From the NCBI GenBank assembly GCA_034434035.1, contig DAOTZM010000088.1, positions 1-55,653 on the forward strand: 55,653 nt of DNA. The letters are read 5' to 3'. Under the pieces are notes generated by a model. It searched no databases, had not been told where the DNA came from, and saw only the letters and a program-made list of their open reading frames with translations. The first letter of the stretch is position 1. Every line of letters starts with the position of its first letter. This document shows, one piece after another, positions 34,197 to 44,320 of the stretch. The translations under genes and the position numbers were made by a program. This stretch comes from Anaerolineales bacterium. Lineage in GTDB: Bacteria > Chloroflexota > Anaerolineae > Anaerolineales > Villigracilaceae.

Positions 34197-35207
34197 ATGA
34201 AAGATTTACGACGCATGTTGCCTGGATTGTTGGTCAGCCTGACACTGGTGGCGGCAATCTTATATTTTGTTGATTTGCCAGCCGTGCTGGAGGCCTTCAA
34301 GAAGGCCAACTACGGCCTGCTGCTGGTCGTGTTCCTGATGGGCGCGGCCTGGCTGCTGGCGCGCGGCGTGGTCTGGCGGACGCTGCTGCGCGAGCGCGCT
34401 TCGTACCGGGATGTGTTCCTGACCCTGATGGAAGGCTACCTGCTGAACAACTTCCTGCCCTTCCGCCTGGGCGAAATCGGACGGGCCTTCCTGCTCAGCC
34501 GCAAATCCGAGATGAAGTTCGTCGAAATCCTGCCGACCATCGTCATCGAGCGCGTCACCGACCTGGTGTTTTCGGCGGCGATTCTGATTGCGGCGGTGCC
34601 TTTTGTGGTCGGGGCTGGCGGCGCGGAGCGGATTGCCTTCCTCATCGGCGGGGCGATGCTGCTGGGGCTGGCCGCCATGTACGCCCTGGCGCGCAACCGT
34701 CAGTGGGCGTTGGATGTCTTTCATAATGTAAGCCACCGCTGGCCGGTCGCGCAGCGATTGGGCGGCAGTTTCCTGGAGGCCTTCCTGACCGGCCTGGGCG
34801 TGTTGACCAATCCCTGGCTTTCGGCGCGCTTTTTCGGCTGGATGGCGCTCAACTGGGGCATGGCAATTGTTCAATATTACCTGCTGGCGCTGGCCTATTA
34901 TCCGCAGGCCGAGCCGGTCTGGGGCCTGTTCTCGCTCGGCGCGGCGGCCTTCGGCGGGGCGATTCCCTCGCTGCCGGGCGCGGTCGGCACGCTGGAAGGC
35001 GCTTACGGCGGCGCGCTGACCCTGCTTTCGGGCGACCAATCGACCGCCCTGGCAATTGCCCTCACCTGGCGGGTATTTAACTACACCTATACCCTGACCT
35101 TCGGGCTATACGGCCTGTCACGCGAGGGGCAGACGATTGGCGGTCTGTACCGGGAGTTGATGAAGTTGACGAACAGGGAGCAGGGGAACGGGCAGGCAGG
35201 TGGTTGA
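34197..35207 (+). CDS. flippase-like / lysylphosphatidylglycerol-synthase TM-region (UPF0104) family membrane protein
   Basis: Polytopic. NNFLPFRLGEIGRAFLL is typical of the family. ATG at 34197. Confidence 0.65.
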   Translation: MKDLRRMLPGLLVSLTLVAAILYFVDLPAVLEAFKKANYGLLLVVFLMGAAWLLARGVVWRTLLRERASYRDVFLTLMEGYLLNNFLPFRLGEIGRAFLLSRKSEMKFVEILPTIVIERVTDLVFSAAILIAAVPFVVGAGGAERIAFLIGGAMLLGLAAMYALARNRQWALDVFHNVSHRWPVAQRLGGSFLEAFLTGLGVLTNPWLSARFFGWMALNWGMAIVQYYLLALAYYPQAEPVWGLFSLGAAAFGGAIPSLPGAVGTLEGAYGGALTLLSGDQSTALAIALTWRVFNYTYTLTFGLYGLSREGQTIGGLYRELMKLTNREQGNGQAGG

Positions 35208-35265
35208 CTTGCCCTTTGCAAAGTTAGCGAATGAATGAGCAAATCTGGTAGGATAAAATAACTGC

Positions 35266-36957
35266 ATGACAAACTTGGTAACACAACTATCCTTTCTTGA
35301 AGCACCAGAGGATACGATTCCTGGAGTCGAAACCCATAATGGCGAACAACCAGAAACCTATACTGGCATGTACGCAATGCACAAGTATTGGTCCAAAAAA
35401 CCATATAATCTGGTTTCTTTGTATATTGAAAAGTATTCAAAAACTAACGATTTAGTTCTTGACCCGTTTTGCGGTTCAGGTGTTACTGTTACAGAAAGTA
35501 TCAGACTAAGGCGACGCGCTATAGGCGTGGATATAAATCCAACCGCCATTATCTCTACGAAAATGGGACTTACGCATGTAGATGTAAAAACCCTTAAGAA
35601 AAGTTTCGATTTTTTACGTTCAGAAGTAGAGCAGGAAATCAGCAATCTTTATCAAACAAATTGTCCAAAATGTGGAAATACGCAAGCAATTGCAACTCAT
35701 ACTATCTGGAATGGGGAACAGATTGATGAGATATGGGTAGAATGTAAAGCATGTGGAAATTCTAAAGCGATAAAAAAACCTTCCGCTGGTGACAGACTTG
35801 CCGCATTAGAACCTATTCGACCAGCGGCCTGGTATCCCACGACTTTATTGTTAGAAAACAGTCGCATCAATGCTAAAGCGGGGATGCGCGTTTGTGATTT
35901 ATTTACGCCTCGCGCGCTATCGAATTTGTCTTTGCTCTTGGACAAAATTCGACAAATTGAGGATGAGCAAATCAAAGCAGTCATGGAGTTTTGCTTTAGC
36001 GCAATGCTCCCACAAGCCAGTAATATGGTTTTTGTAATCCGTCGTCGCGGAAAGACATATGGCACAGGCGAAAGCAATGAAACCAAAGCAGAAGTTGGAA
36101 GTTGGGTTATTGGCTATTGGATACCATCAGAACATTTTGAAATTCATGTTTGGCGATGTTTTGAAAATCGATTCAAGAGAATTTTGAAAGGCAAACAGGA
36201 AGTAAATCACGCTATTCCGTCTTATATTGGTGAATTCTCGTTATTTGACGACCTTGAAAAATCCCAAGATGGCTATTTGGTTCAAAAAGGAACGGCGACA
36301 GACCTTTCTTTCATTAACTCTAATTCGATAGATTATATTTTTACAGACCCGCCACACGGCAATCGAATACCGTATCTCGAACTTAGCCTGATGTGGAACT
36401 CATGGCTTAATTACGATTTTGACTTGGAAAACGAAATCATAATATCTGAGTCAAAGGTTCGCAAAAAAGGCGTTAGAGACTACGAACAAAGGCTTAAGAC
36501 AGCATTTAGCGAAATGTGGCGAGTCCTCAAAGCAGATGGACATGCTTCAATCGCATTCAACAGCCTGGATGATGATACATGGCTTTCACTTCTAAACACT
36601 TTATTAGCCGCAGGTTTTGAAATAAAAGAAATAACCCCCCTCGAATATTCTGCCCGTTCTGTGGTGCAAGACACCCGCAAAAATGCGCTCAAAACAGACT
36701 TTATAATTACCTGTCAAAAACGATTGGCGGAGACTCGTCAACAAATTACTTATGGTTACACTGAAAAAGAACTACTGTCAGCTCTTGAAAATTATCTAAA
36801 AAATCGCAAGAACGGCGCAGAAACTTACGAGATATTGAACCATCTCCTGGTTGCAAGCATTCCTACAGGGACAATTTTCAAGGTATCACAAATCGTTGAG
36901 TATGTAAAAAAGGTTGCTGCCTTTTTTAACGGACGCTGGCAATTCAATCTATCCTGA
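35266..36957 (+). CDS. DNA methyltransferase (N6-adenine/N4-cytosine type, alpha motif order) with a Zn-ribbon insert
   Basis: Motif I LDPFCGSGVT is N-terminal. CPKCGN...CKACGN. Motif IV IFTDPPHG about 300 aa downstream. The region is AT-rich. Confidence 0.8.
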   Translation: MTNLVTQLSFLEAPEDTIPGVETHNGEQPETYTGMYAMHKYWSKKPYNLVSLYIEKYSKTNDLVLDPFCGSGVTVTESIRLRRRAIGVDINPTAIISTKMGLTHVDVKTLKKSFDFLRSEVEQEISNLYQTNCPKCGNTQAIATHTIWNGEQIDEIWVECKACGNSKAIKKPSAGDRLAALEPIRPAAWYPTTLLLENSRINAKAGMRVCDLFTPRALSNLSLLLDKIRQIEDEQIKAVMEFCFSAMLPQASNMVFVIRRRGKTYGTGESNETKAEVGSWVIGYWIPSEHFEIHVWRCFENRFKRILKGKQEVNHAIPSYIGEFSLFDDLEKSQDGYLVQKGTATDLSFINSNSIDYIFTDPPHGNRIPYLELSLMWNSWLNYDFDLENEIIISESKVRKKGVRDYEQRLKTAFSEMWRVLKADGHASIAFNSLDDDTWLSLLNTLLAAGFEIKEITPLEYSARSVVQDTRKNALKTDFIITCQKRLAETRQQITYGYTEKELLSALENYLKNRKNGAETYEILNHLLVASIPTGTIFKVSQIVEYVKKVAAFFNGRWQFNLS

Positions 36958-36967
36958 TGGAGTTTTC

Positions 36968-38071
36968 ATGCCTTCCGATTTCAACGTTTTACGCAAGTTA
37001 TATGACGATAACAAGTTTGTTGAATTACTGCGCCATCCAAACGGAATTTTCTGGCTTAAGCTTCGCTCAATTTCAAGAGCGGAGCAAATGCGACAATTTT
37101 GTCAACAGATTCAGTTTGACACCGAACTTTTTCAAGGTCGTCAATTATTTGAACAGGTTTACAACCATAAGCCAGATAATCAGGCTTTAGAGAATTTTAT
37201 TCGGAAATGGTTCCAACAAGAACGAGCCGAAAGACAGAAAAACGAAAACTATATCATTTCCCAACTGTACCAAATGAAGGAATTTGATTGGGGCGGTTTG
37301 TACCAAAACTCGCTTGAACAAACAATCGTGGACAATTACATCAAAAGAATACAAAATTGGGACGAACTTAATTCGGCTATTGACAACGAAATTCATGTCA
37401 GCATGAAAGGCTATGTTCAATGTTCTTGGTATAACCACTGGTCATCTATCTTGATTGAAGACATATTCAAAGACCATCCTTCAGTTTTACCTGCAATGGG
37501 GTTGGTGAAAAAAGTTGATTTCTTCATCCACAATTTCCCCTTTGATTTGAAAGTGACTAATTTTCCTGATGGGTATATGGAAATATTACGCAGGGCAGAA
37601 GGTCTACGACCTGAATTGACCTTACTAAAAGCCTTCTGCCGTCAACAAGGAATATGGTTTGATAACGGAAAGCCTGCCAGTGTTCTTTTCTCAGAACTTT
37701 TATCGAAAGTAACGGAGCATCCCTCGCAAGTCGCGCAAGAATTCATCGCTGATTTCAACGCAACTCGAATGCGGTTACTGCAACAAACTATCGAAAACCC
37801 AGAGTCGCTAAAAATTTGGCTTTATGAAAATCAAGGCGTCCGCAGGTTCGACGCATCTAATCGCTTTTTCCTCGTCCTGGTGAATGCGAATGACTTTGAC
37901 AAAAGTTGGAAATTAAAGCGCAACAAGGACTTATTGGCAAAGTCTATTCATTCTCACCTGGACGAGATGAATCCCAACACTATGGAAAATCTGCGTGTAG
38001 AGTTTCAATGGCAAAACGAAAATTATGAAACCTACGCTGACATGTTGTTCGTTGTTGTTGATAAAAGTTGA
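36968..38071 (+). CDS. putative Type II restriction endonuclease partner of the adjacent methyltransferase
   Basis: 367 aa, starts 11 nt after the MTase stop, same low GC. I recognise no family. Possible PD-(D/E)xK-like VDFFIHNFPFDLKV. The call rests on context. Confidence 0.45.
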   Translation: MPSDFNVLRKLYDDNKFVELLRHPNGIFWLKLRSISRAEQMRQFCQQIQFDTELFQGRQLFEQVYNHKPDNQALENFIRKWFQQERAERQKNENYIISQLYQMKEFDWGGLYQNSLEQTIVDNYIKRIQNWDELNSAIDNEIHVSMKGYVQCSWYNHWSSILIEDIFKDHPSVLPAMGLVKKVDFFIHNFPFDLKVTNFPDGYMEILRRAEGLRPELTLLKAFCRQQGIWFDNGKPASVLFSELLSKVTEHPSQVAQEFIADFNATRMRLLQQTIENPESLKIWLYENQGVRRFDASNRFFLVLVNANDFDKSWKLKRNKDLLAKSIHSHLDEMNPNTMENLRVEFQWQNENYETYADMLFVVVDKS

Positions 38072-38121
38072 CAAGGCAGGCTCTTGGAAGCCAAAAGGCA
38101 AGAGATGGAGGTTGTTTTTTG

Positions 38122-39147
38122 ATGAAGCGCAATTATTTCGTCACCGGCGGAGCCGGGTTCATTGGCTCGAACTATGTTTCGCGGCTGTTGGAGCGCGGCG
38201 AGCAGGTGACGGTTTACGATAATCTCTCGCGGGCGGGCGCGCCGCGCAACCTGAAGTGGCTGCAAGAGACCTACGGCGAGAAATCTTTCCGCCTGGTGGT
38301 GGGCGATGTGCGCGATTCGGCACAGTTGGCCGTCGCGGCGCGCGAGGCGGATGTGATTGTCCATCTCGCCGGGCAGGTGGCGGTGACGACCTCGGTGGTC
38401 AAACCGCGCGAGGATTTCGAGATTAACGCCCTGGGTACTTTTAACGCGCTGGAAGCGGCGCGCCTGAACGAGCGTCAGCCGGTTTTCATCTACTCGTCCA
38501 CGAACAAAGTCTACGGCGGGATGGAGGATGTCCGGGTCGTCGAGCGCGGCGGGCGCTGGGAATACGAATCCCTGCCGTTTGGGGCGTCCGAATCCCAGCC
38601 GCTCGATTTCCATTCTCCGTATGGGTGCAGCAAAGGCGCCGGCGACCAGTATGTGCGCGATTATTATCGGATGTACGGTATCCCAACGGTTGTTTTAAGA
38701 CAATCGTGCGTCTATGGGCCGCGTCAGTTCGGCGTGGAAGACCAGGGCTGGGTGGCGTGGTTCGTCATTGCGGCGGTGATGGGGCGTCCCATCACAATTT
38801 ACGGCGACGGCAAGCAAATCCGCGACCTGCTGCACGTCTACGATTTGTGCGACGCTTACGACACCGTCATCCAGAACATTGAAAAAGTCAAAGGCGAAGT
38901 GTTCAACCTGGGCGGCGGGCCGGGGAATACGATGTCCATTTGGACGGAGTTCGGGCCGAAGTTGGAGAAACTGCTCGGCAGGCCGGTTCCCGTTTCGAGC
39001 GGCGACTGGCGTCCCGGCGACCAAAAAGTCTTTGTGGCCGACATCCGCAAGGCGGAGCAATTGCTCGGCTGGAAACCCAAATTCGATGTCGATCGCGGAG
39101 TGAAACAGCTGTTCGATTGGGTCAACACAAACAAGCACCTGTTCTAA
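38122..39147 (+). CDS. NAD-dependent sugar-nucleotide epimerase/dehydratase (extended SDR)
   Basis: VTGGAGFIGSN Rossmann motif and YGCSKGAGDQY (YxxxK). Confidence 0.85.
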   Translation: MKRNYFVTGGAGFIGSNYVSRLLERGEQVTVYDNLSRAGAPRNLKWLQETYGEKSFRLVVGDVRDSAQLAVAAREADVIVHLAGQVAVTTSVVKPREDFEINALGTFNALEAARLNERQPVFIYSSTNKVYGGMEDVRVVERGGRWEYESLPFGASESQPLDFHSPYGCSKGAGDQYVRDYYRMYGIPTVVLRQSCVYGPRQFGVEDQGWVAWFVIAAVMGRPITIYGDGKQIRDLLHVYDLCDAYDTVIQNIEKVKGEVFNLGGGPGNTMSIWTEFGPKLEKLLGRPVPVSSGDWRPGDQKVFVADIRKAEQLLGWKPKFDVDRGVKQLFDWVNTNKHLF

Positions 39148-39150
39148 AGT

Positions 39151-40308
39151 ATGAAAATCCTGACCGTCCTCACCTACTACCGTCCCCACACCTCCGGCCT
39201 GACGATTTACGCCGAGCGGCTGGCCGAGGCCTTTGCCCGGCGCGGACACGAAGTGACCGTGCTGACTTCGCATTTCGACAACTCCACGCCCGCCGAGGAA
39301 ATCCGCAACGGCGTGAAGATTGTCCGCGCGCCGGTTTTGTTCCGGGTCAGCAAAGGCGTGATTATGCCGACCTTCGGCTGGCTGGCCTGGAAATATGCCG
39401 CCCAAAACGATGTCGTCCAGATGCACCTGCCGCAGTTCGACGCGCCCGGTTTTGCAGCCCGCGCCCGGCTGATGGGCAAACTGGCAATTCTCACCTATCA
39501 CTGCGACTTGCAACTGCCTTCCGGGCTGTTCAACCGGCTCGTCAATGCAGTTGTGGACTTCCAAAATCACAGCGCGGCCATCCTGGCAAATCACATTATT
39601 ACCTATACGCAGGATTATGCCGACCACTCGCCCTTCCTGTCGCGCTATAAGCATAAACTGACGCCCATCCTGCCGCCGGTGCAGTTGCCCGCTGTCCAGC
39701 GCGAGGCGATTGAGACCTTTGCGCGGGAACACCAAACCACCCAGAAACGTCCCGTCATTGGCATGGCAACCCGCTTTGCCAGCGAAAAAGGCGTCGAAAT
39801 CCTGCTCGAGGCGCTCCCGGCCATTTTCGAGAAATATCCCCATGCCCAGGTTTTGTTCGCGGGCCAGCATCTCAACGTGATGGGCGAGGAAAGGTATTTC
39901 GAGCGGCTTGCGCCCCTAATCCGCGTATACGAGGCCCAGGGCAAGTGGACTTTCCTCGGCAACCTGAACCCAAGCCAGATGGCGGCCTTCTATCCCAACC
40001 TGGATGTGCTGGTCGTCCCCAGCCTGAACTCGACCGAGGCGTTTGGGCTGGTGCAAATCGAAGCGATGATGAACAACGTCCCGTGCGTGGCCTCCGCCCT
40101 GCCCGGGGTGCGGCGGCCGGTGCAGATGACCGGCATGGGCAAAGTCGCGCCGATTGGCGATTCCGTTAAGTTGGCTGAATCCATGCTGGAGATTTTGGGC
40201 GACCCTGAAACATATCGCCGCAACCCCGCCGAGATTGCCCGCCCCTACGACCCCGATTCGGTGGCAGCGGAGTATGAAAAACTGTTTGCGCGGCTGAAAG
40301 CCAAATAA
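39151..40308 (+). CDS. glycosyltransferase, GT4 (GT-B) family
   Basis: 385 aa. MKILTVLTYYRPHTSGL N-terminus and C-terminal EAFGLVQIEAMM motif (E-x7-E). Confidence 0.8.
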   Translation: MKILTVLTYYRPHTSGLTIYAERLAEAFARRGHEVTVLTSHFDNSTPAEEIRNGVKIVRAPVLFRVSKGVIMPTFGWLAWKYAAQNDVVQMHLPQFDAPGFAARARLMGKLAILTYHCDLQLPSGLFNRLVNAVVDFQNHSAAILANHIITYTQDYADHSPFLSRYKHKLTPILPPVQLPAVQREAIETFAREHQTTQKRPVIGMATRFASEKGVEILLEALPAIFEKYPHAQVLFAGQHLNVMGEERYFERLAPLIRVYEAQGKWTFLGNLNPSQMAAFYPNLDVLVVPSLNSTEAFGLVQIEAMMNNVPCVASALPGVRRPVQMTGMGKVAPIGDSVKLAESMLEILGDPETYRRNPAEIARPYDPDSVAAEYEKLFARLKAK

Positions 40309-40378
40309 CCCGCTAATCCCCGCCAAACTGCACTCACTCTTAAAATTTCGTGACGATTGGCGTAGATTGGTGGATGCT

Positions 40379-40771
40379 TCACGGCATTACCTTGAACCCC
40401 TGCTCCTTAAAATGCTCATCGAAAGTAAACACGGATTCAATCCGCAGGCGGCGCATGGTGGCAAAAGAGGAACAATCCACCAGGCTGAGAGGGCGGCGGT
40501 TGGCGGTCAGGACGCTGTCGATGGCGTCCTCATGTTCTTCAGGGCCGAGCCAGTCTATCTCTACGACAGGTAGAATGTCTTGCGAGAGCGTTCGAAGCGC
40601 TTCCAAGCCTAGACGACTCTGCACCAGGGCAATGGTTTCAACCAGGGCATAACTGTTGGTAATAAAGCTGGTCGCTTTGACTCGCTCTGCCCAAAGCATC
40701 TCTGCTTTCAGATGATTGATGTCCTTAACATCCATGATTGCGAGAAAGGCGGACGTATCCACATAAATCAT
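40379..40771 (-). CDS. vapC: PIN-domain toxin (VapC type)
   Basis: MIYVDTSAFLAI..., conserved acidic residues, C-terminal SLVDCSSFATM...FTFDEHF. 4-nt overlap with the upstream antitoxin gene. Confidence 0.85.
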   Translation of the reverse strand: MIYVDTSAFLAIMDVKDINHLKAEMLWAERVKATSFITNSYALVETIALVQSRLGLEALRTLSQDILPVVEIDWLGPEEHEDAIDSVLTANRRPLSLVDCSSFATMRRLRIESVFTFDEHFKEQGFKVMP

Positions 40772-41103
40772 TGTATGCTCTCCGCGAAGTATTTATCGTG
40801 ATTAATTGATACATCGGTTTTTCCTTCGATGTCATGATATCCTTCACGGTCAATTTTTTCCAAAGCCTCCAACGCCCGGCGGCGCTTTTCCTCCATCGTC
40901 GGCGCTTGGGGAGCAACGACAATATACGTTGCTACGCTCTCACGCACCAGTTTTGAAACCGATGTTTTGCGGGCCTCTGCCAATTCTTTCAGGGCTTTTA
41001 CCTGCTCTTCCGTCAATTGCACCATCATTCGTTTCATGCGCGCCTCCAAAAGCGATATCACTTTTTCAAATCTGCTATCATTATACGGCGATTTTGTATC
41101 CAT
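40768..41103 (-). CDS. ribbon-helix-helix antitoxin (VapB/CopG-like)
   Basis: MVQLTEEQVKALKELAEARKTSVSKLVRESV RHH signature. The start may be the internal Met at 41037. Confidence 0.7.
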   Translation of the reverse strand: MDTKSPYNDSRFEKVISLLEARMKRMMVQLTEEQVKALKELAEARKTSVSKLVRESVATYIVVAPQAPTMEEKRRRALEALEKIDREGYHDIEGKTDVSINHDKYFAESIQ

Positions 41104-41203
41104 TTCTTAACAAATTTTTCCCAAAATCAGGGCAAAATCAATTAATATGCAAATTCGACAGTAAACTGTCGGACTCCACAGGCGGCAAGCCGCCGGACTC
41201 CAA

Positions 41204-42058
41204 ATGCATGATATTGGTGACAGAATGACTCAACCCCTAGCGGCCAATCAAAAATCCAAAATCCAAAATCCAAAATCGAAAGATTTTCTGTTCCTCCACG
41301 CCCGCGACCTGCCCTATTTCCGCGCCCTGCTGCGGGCGGTGGAATCGCGCTTTTACCAGGATTTGGAGTTGCCCTCCCCCACCCTCGATGTAGGCTGCGG
41401 CGACGGGCATTTTGCCCAGTTGACTTTCGACCGCAGGCTGGAAGCCGGCCTCGACCCCTGGGCCGGGCCCATTCATGAAGCCGGGACGCGCGGCGTCTAC
41501 GAGGTGCTGACCGAGGCCGACGGCGCGAACATGCCCTACCCCGATGGATATTTCGGCAGCGCCCTCAGCAACTCAGTGCTGGAGCATATCCCCCGCCTCG
41601 ACGCGGTGCTGGTCGAGACAGCGCGCGTGCTGAAACCCGGCGCGCCCTTCGTCTTTTGCGTCCCCAACCATAACTTCCTGCCGAATCTCTCGGCGGCGCG
41701 CTTTTTCGATACGATTGGGTTGAAGCCGCTGGCGCGCGCCTATCGGGCTTTCTTCAACAAAATTTCGCGGCATGTTACCTGCGAGGACGCCCCCGCCTGG
41801 ACCGCGCGCCTGGAAAAAGCCGGTTTCAGGGTGGAGAAATACTGGCATTACTTCTCACCCGCCGCCCTGGCAACGCTCGAATGGGGGCATTATCTTGGCC
41901 TGCCATCGTTAATCATCCACTTTTTGACCCGCAAATGGCATCTCACCCATGCCCGCTGGAACTTTGCGCCCATCATGGCGCTCATCCGCAAGTATTACGA
42001 AGAGCCTGTCCCGCAAGAAAAAGGCGCATACACGTTCTATATTGCCCGGCGAATGTAA
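41204..42058 (+). CDS. class I SAM-dependent methyltransferase
   Basis: LDVGCGDGHF motif I, then LKPGAPFVFCVPN. The N-terminus contains the heptamer repeat AAAATCC x4 (41251-41278), so the true start is uncertain. Confidence 0.75.
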   Translation: MHDIGDRMTQPLAANQKSKIQNPKSKDFLFLHARDLPYFRALLRAVESRFYQDLELPSPTLDVGCGDGHFAQLTFDRRLEAGLDPWAGPIHEAGTRGVYEVLTEADGANMPYPDGYFGSALSNSVLEHIPRLDAVLVETARVLKPGAPFVFCVPNHNFLPNLSAARFFDTIGLKPLARAYRAFFNKISRHVTCEDAPAWTARLEKAGFRVEKYWHYFSPAALATLEWGHYLGLPSLIIHFLTRKWHLTHARWNFAPIMALIRKYYEEPVPQEKGAYTFYIARRM

Positions 42059-42071
42059 GGAGTGTTGACGC

Positions 42072-44318
42072 ATGACCAAACCCCTCAACGAACCCAGTGT
42101 TCTCGACTACATAAAATCGAAACTCAACCCCTGGCAGAAGGAAAAAATTGAAATCCCGCTGGATGAAACTGCCATCGAACAGACAACTGCCAAAGAGACG
42201 GTAAGTGCGCGGCCCGGGTTTGCTTTGCAACTCCCCGCCCACCGTCCCTGGCGGACGGCCCTGGCAATTGGGGTGGCCTTGTTCGCGCAGTGGACTATCG
42301 AACAAGAGGTGAGGCCCATCGAAACCCAGATGCTCCTGTTCGCAATTGGCGCATATTTCCTGGCGTTTGTCCTGCTGGCCTGGGCCATGCTGGTCAAAGA
42401 GTTCGCCCTGCCCGAAACGGAAACGGTCGAGCCGCAGACCGACCCACAGACCTTTCGGCGGGTCATATTCCTGGCGGCGATTGTGCTGGCGGGGGTGGCG
42501 TTTACCCAGTTCGGCAGGAATGCTCAAAATCAGCACTTGTTCACATCACTCAACCTGACTCTCTGGCTGGGTTCGATTTCCCTGTTCACATACGGTCTGT
42601 GGCTGGGAGACCCCAACAAACCTCCGCTGTGGCGGCGCGCGCTGGATTTCTTGAAACGTGACCGGTGGCAGGTTACACTCACCCGCTCCGGGCTGCTCCT
42701 GCTGGGCGCCATAGCCCTGGTCCTGTTCTTTCGACTCTATAACCTAAATGGCGTCATCGCCGAACCGTTCAGCGACCATGCCGAGAAATTGATGGATGTC
42801 TACGATGTGACCCAGGGACAGTATTTCGTTTTCTTCGAGCGCAATACCGGGCGTGAATTCATCCAATTCTATTGGACAGCGCTGGTGGCCTGGATATTCG
42901 ACACCGGCCTGACCTTCATGAGCCTGAAACTCGGCACGGCCCTGATTGGCCTGTTCGCCCTGCCCTATATCTACCTGCTCGGCAAAGAAGTCGGCGGAAC
43001 GCGCGTGGCCCTGTTCGCCCTGCTGCTGGCCGGGACGGCCTACTGGCTCAACACCACCAGCCGCATCGGATTAAGATACCCGCTCTACCCGGCCTTCGCC
43101 GCGCCAGTCTTGTACCACCTCGTGCGCGGGCTGCGCCACCAAAGCCGCAACGATTTCATCCTGGCCGGGCTGTTCCTGGGGCTGGGATTGCACGGTTACA
43201 GTCCATTCCGCTTCGTGCCGTTTGCAGTGGTTCTGGGAGTCGGGCTGTATCTCCTCCACGCCACGTCGAAGGGCTTCCGCAAACAGACCCTGACGATGTT
43301 CGTGATGCTGGTGCTGGCCTCGGTCATTGTCTTCCTGCCGCTCGGACGTTACGCTATCGACCGCCCGGATATGTTCGCCTACCGCGCCCTAACGCGCATC
43401 GCGGGTGATAACCTGCCCCAAGCAGAAACTCCCGTGGAGCGGTTTTGGAAAAGCCTGACCAGCCCGGTGAACACCGAAACAGATGACCCGCTTTACAAGG
43501 TTTTTTTCGACAATACCTTTAAGTCGCTCATTATGTTTCAGTATGATAATGGCGGCATCTGGGTGCATTCCATCCCGGGCCGCCCAGCGCTGGATTTCGT
43601 TTCGGCAGGGCTATACACCCTGGGATGCGCTTTCCTGCTCGTGCGCTACCTCGTTAGACGCAACTGGCTCGACTTGTTCTTGCTGCTCTCGATTCCGCTC
43701 TTGATGATGCCCTCCATTCTTTCGCTGGCGTTTCCGGGGGAGAATCCCTCGCTCAACCGCACGGGAGCGGCGGCGGTGGTGGTGTTCGTCATCGCGGCGC
43801 AGATGCTGGATGGACTGTACACCGGCTTGCGGGGAGTCCGCTCCGCGCAGGGAAAGGCCGGGGCCGGAAACAAGGTTTTCGCCGTGACAATTGTCCTCGC
43901 GCTGCTGGCGATTTCGATTTTCCAAAATTATTACCTGGAGTTCGACCGGTTCGCCAAGCAGTTTCGCGCCGGGGCGTGGAATACATCGGACATGGGCCGG
44001 GTGATTCGCGCGTTCGTGGCGGCTGGCAATGACGTGGATAACGCCTGGGTTGTGCCGTATCCGTATTGGGTCGATACGCGCCTGGTAGGTATCCAGACCG
44101 GCTACCCGAACCGTGACGCCGCGCTGTGGCCGGAGGAGTTCGAGCGCACGCTGGATACGCCAGGCAACAAGCTGTTCATTGTGAAAGACGAAGACCTGGA
44201 CAGCCTGGGGCTGCTGCGCGGGTTATATCCAAGCGGCGCGCTGGGCAAGTTCGATTCTCCCGTCGAAGGCAAAGATTTCTGGATTTTTACCGTCCCTGAC
44301 TCTATCACTGGCGAATAA
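42072..44318 (+). CDS. polytopic membrane protein, GT-C (family 39/ArnT-like) glycosyltransferase
   Basis: 748 aa with many TM segments followed by a soluble C-terminal domain. Call rests on general family resemblance. Confidence 0.55.
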   Translation: MTKPLNEPSVLDYIKSKLNPWQKEKIEIPLDETAIEQTTAKETVSARPGFALQLPAHRPWRTALAIGVALFAQWTIEQEVRPIETQMLLFAIGAYFLAFVLLAWAMLVKEFALPETETVEPQTDPQTFRRVIFLAAIVLAGVAFTQFGRNAQNQHLFTSLNLTLWLGSISLFTYGLWLGDPNKPPLWRRALDFLKRDRWQVTLTRSGLLLLGAIALVLFFRLYNLNGVIAEPFSDHAEKLMDVYDVTQGQYFVFFERNTGREFIQFYWTALVAWIFDTGLTFMSLKLGTALIGLFALPYIYLLGKEVGGTRVALFALLLAGTAYWLNTTSRIGLRYPLYPAFAAPVLYHLVRGLRHQSRNDFILAGLFLGLGLHGYSPFRFVPFAVVLGVGLYLLHATSKGFRKQTLTMFVMLVLASVIVFLPLGRYAIDRPDMFAYRALTRIAGDNLPQAETPVERFWKSLTSPVNTETDDPLYKVFFDNTFKSLIMFQYDNGGIWVHSIPGRPALDFVSAGLYTLGCAFLLVRYLVRRNWLDLFLLLSIPLLMMPSILSLAFPGENPSLNRTGAAAVVVFVIAAQMLDGLYTGLRGVRSAQGKAGAGNKVFAVTIVLALLAISIFQNYYLEFDRFAKQFRAGAWNTSDMGRVIRAFVAAGNDVDNAWVVPYPYWVDTRLVGIQTGYPNRDAALWPEEFERTLDTPGNKLFIVKDEDLDSLGLLRGLYPSGALGKFDSPVEGKDFWIFTVPDSITGE

Positions 44319-44320
44319 GC

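Noticed and set aside
35208-38080. R-M island as a defined mobile element
   Set aside because: I looked for an integrase or transposase, a tRNA attachment site and flanking direct repeats. I found only a shared GTTGAC hexamer at both edges. Horizontal origin is inferred from composition only.
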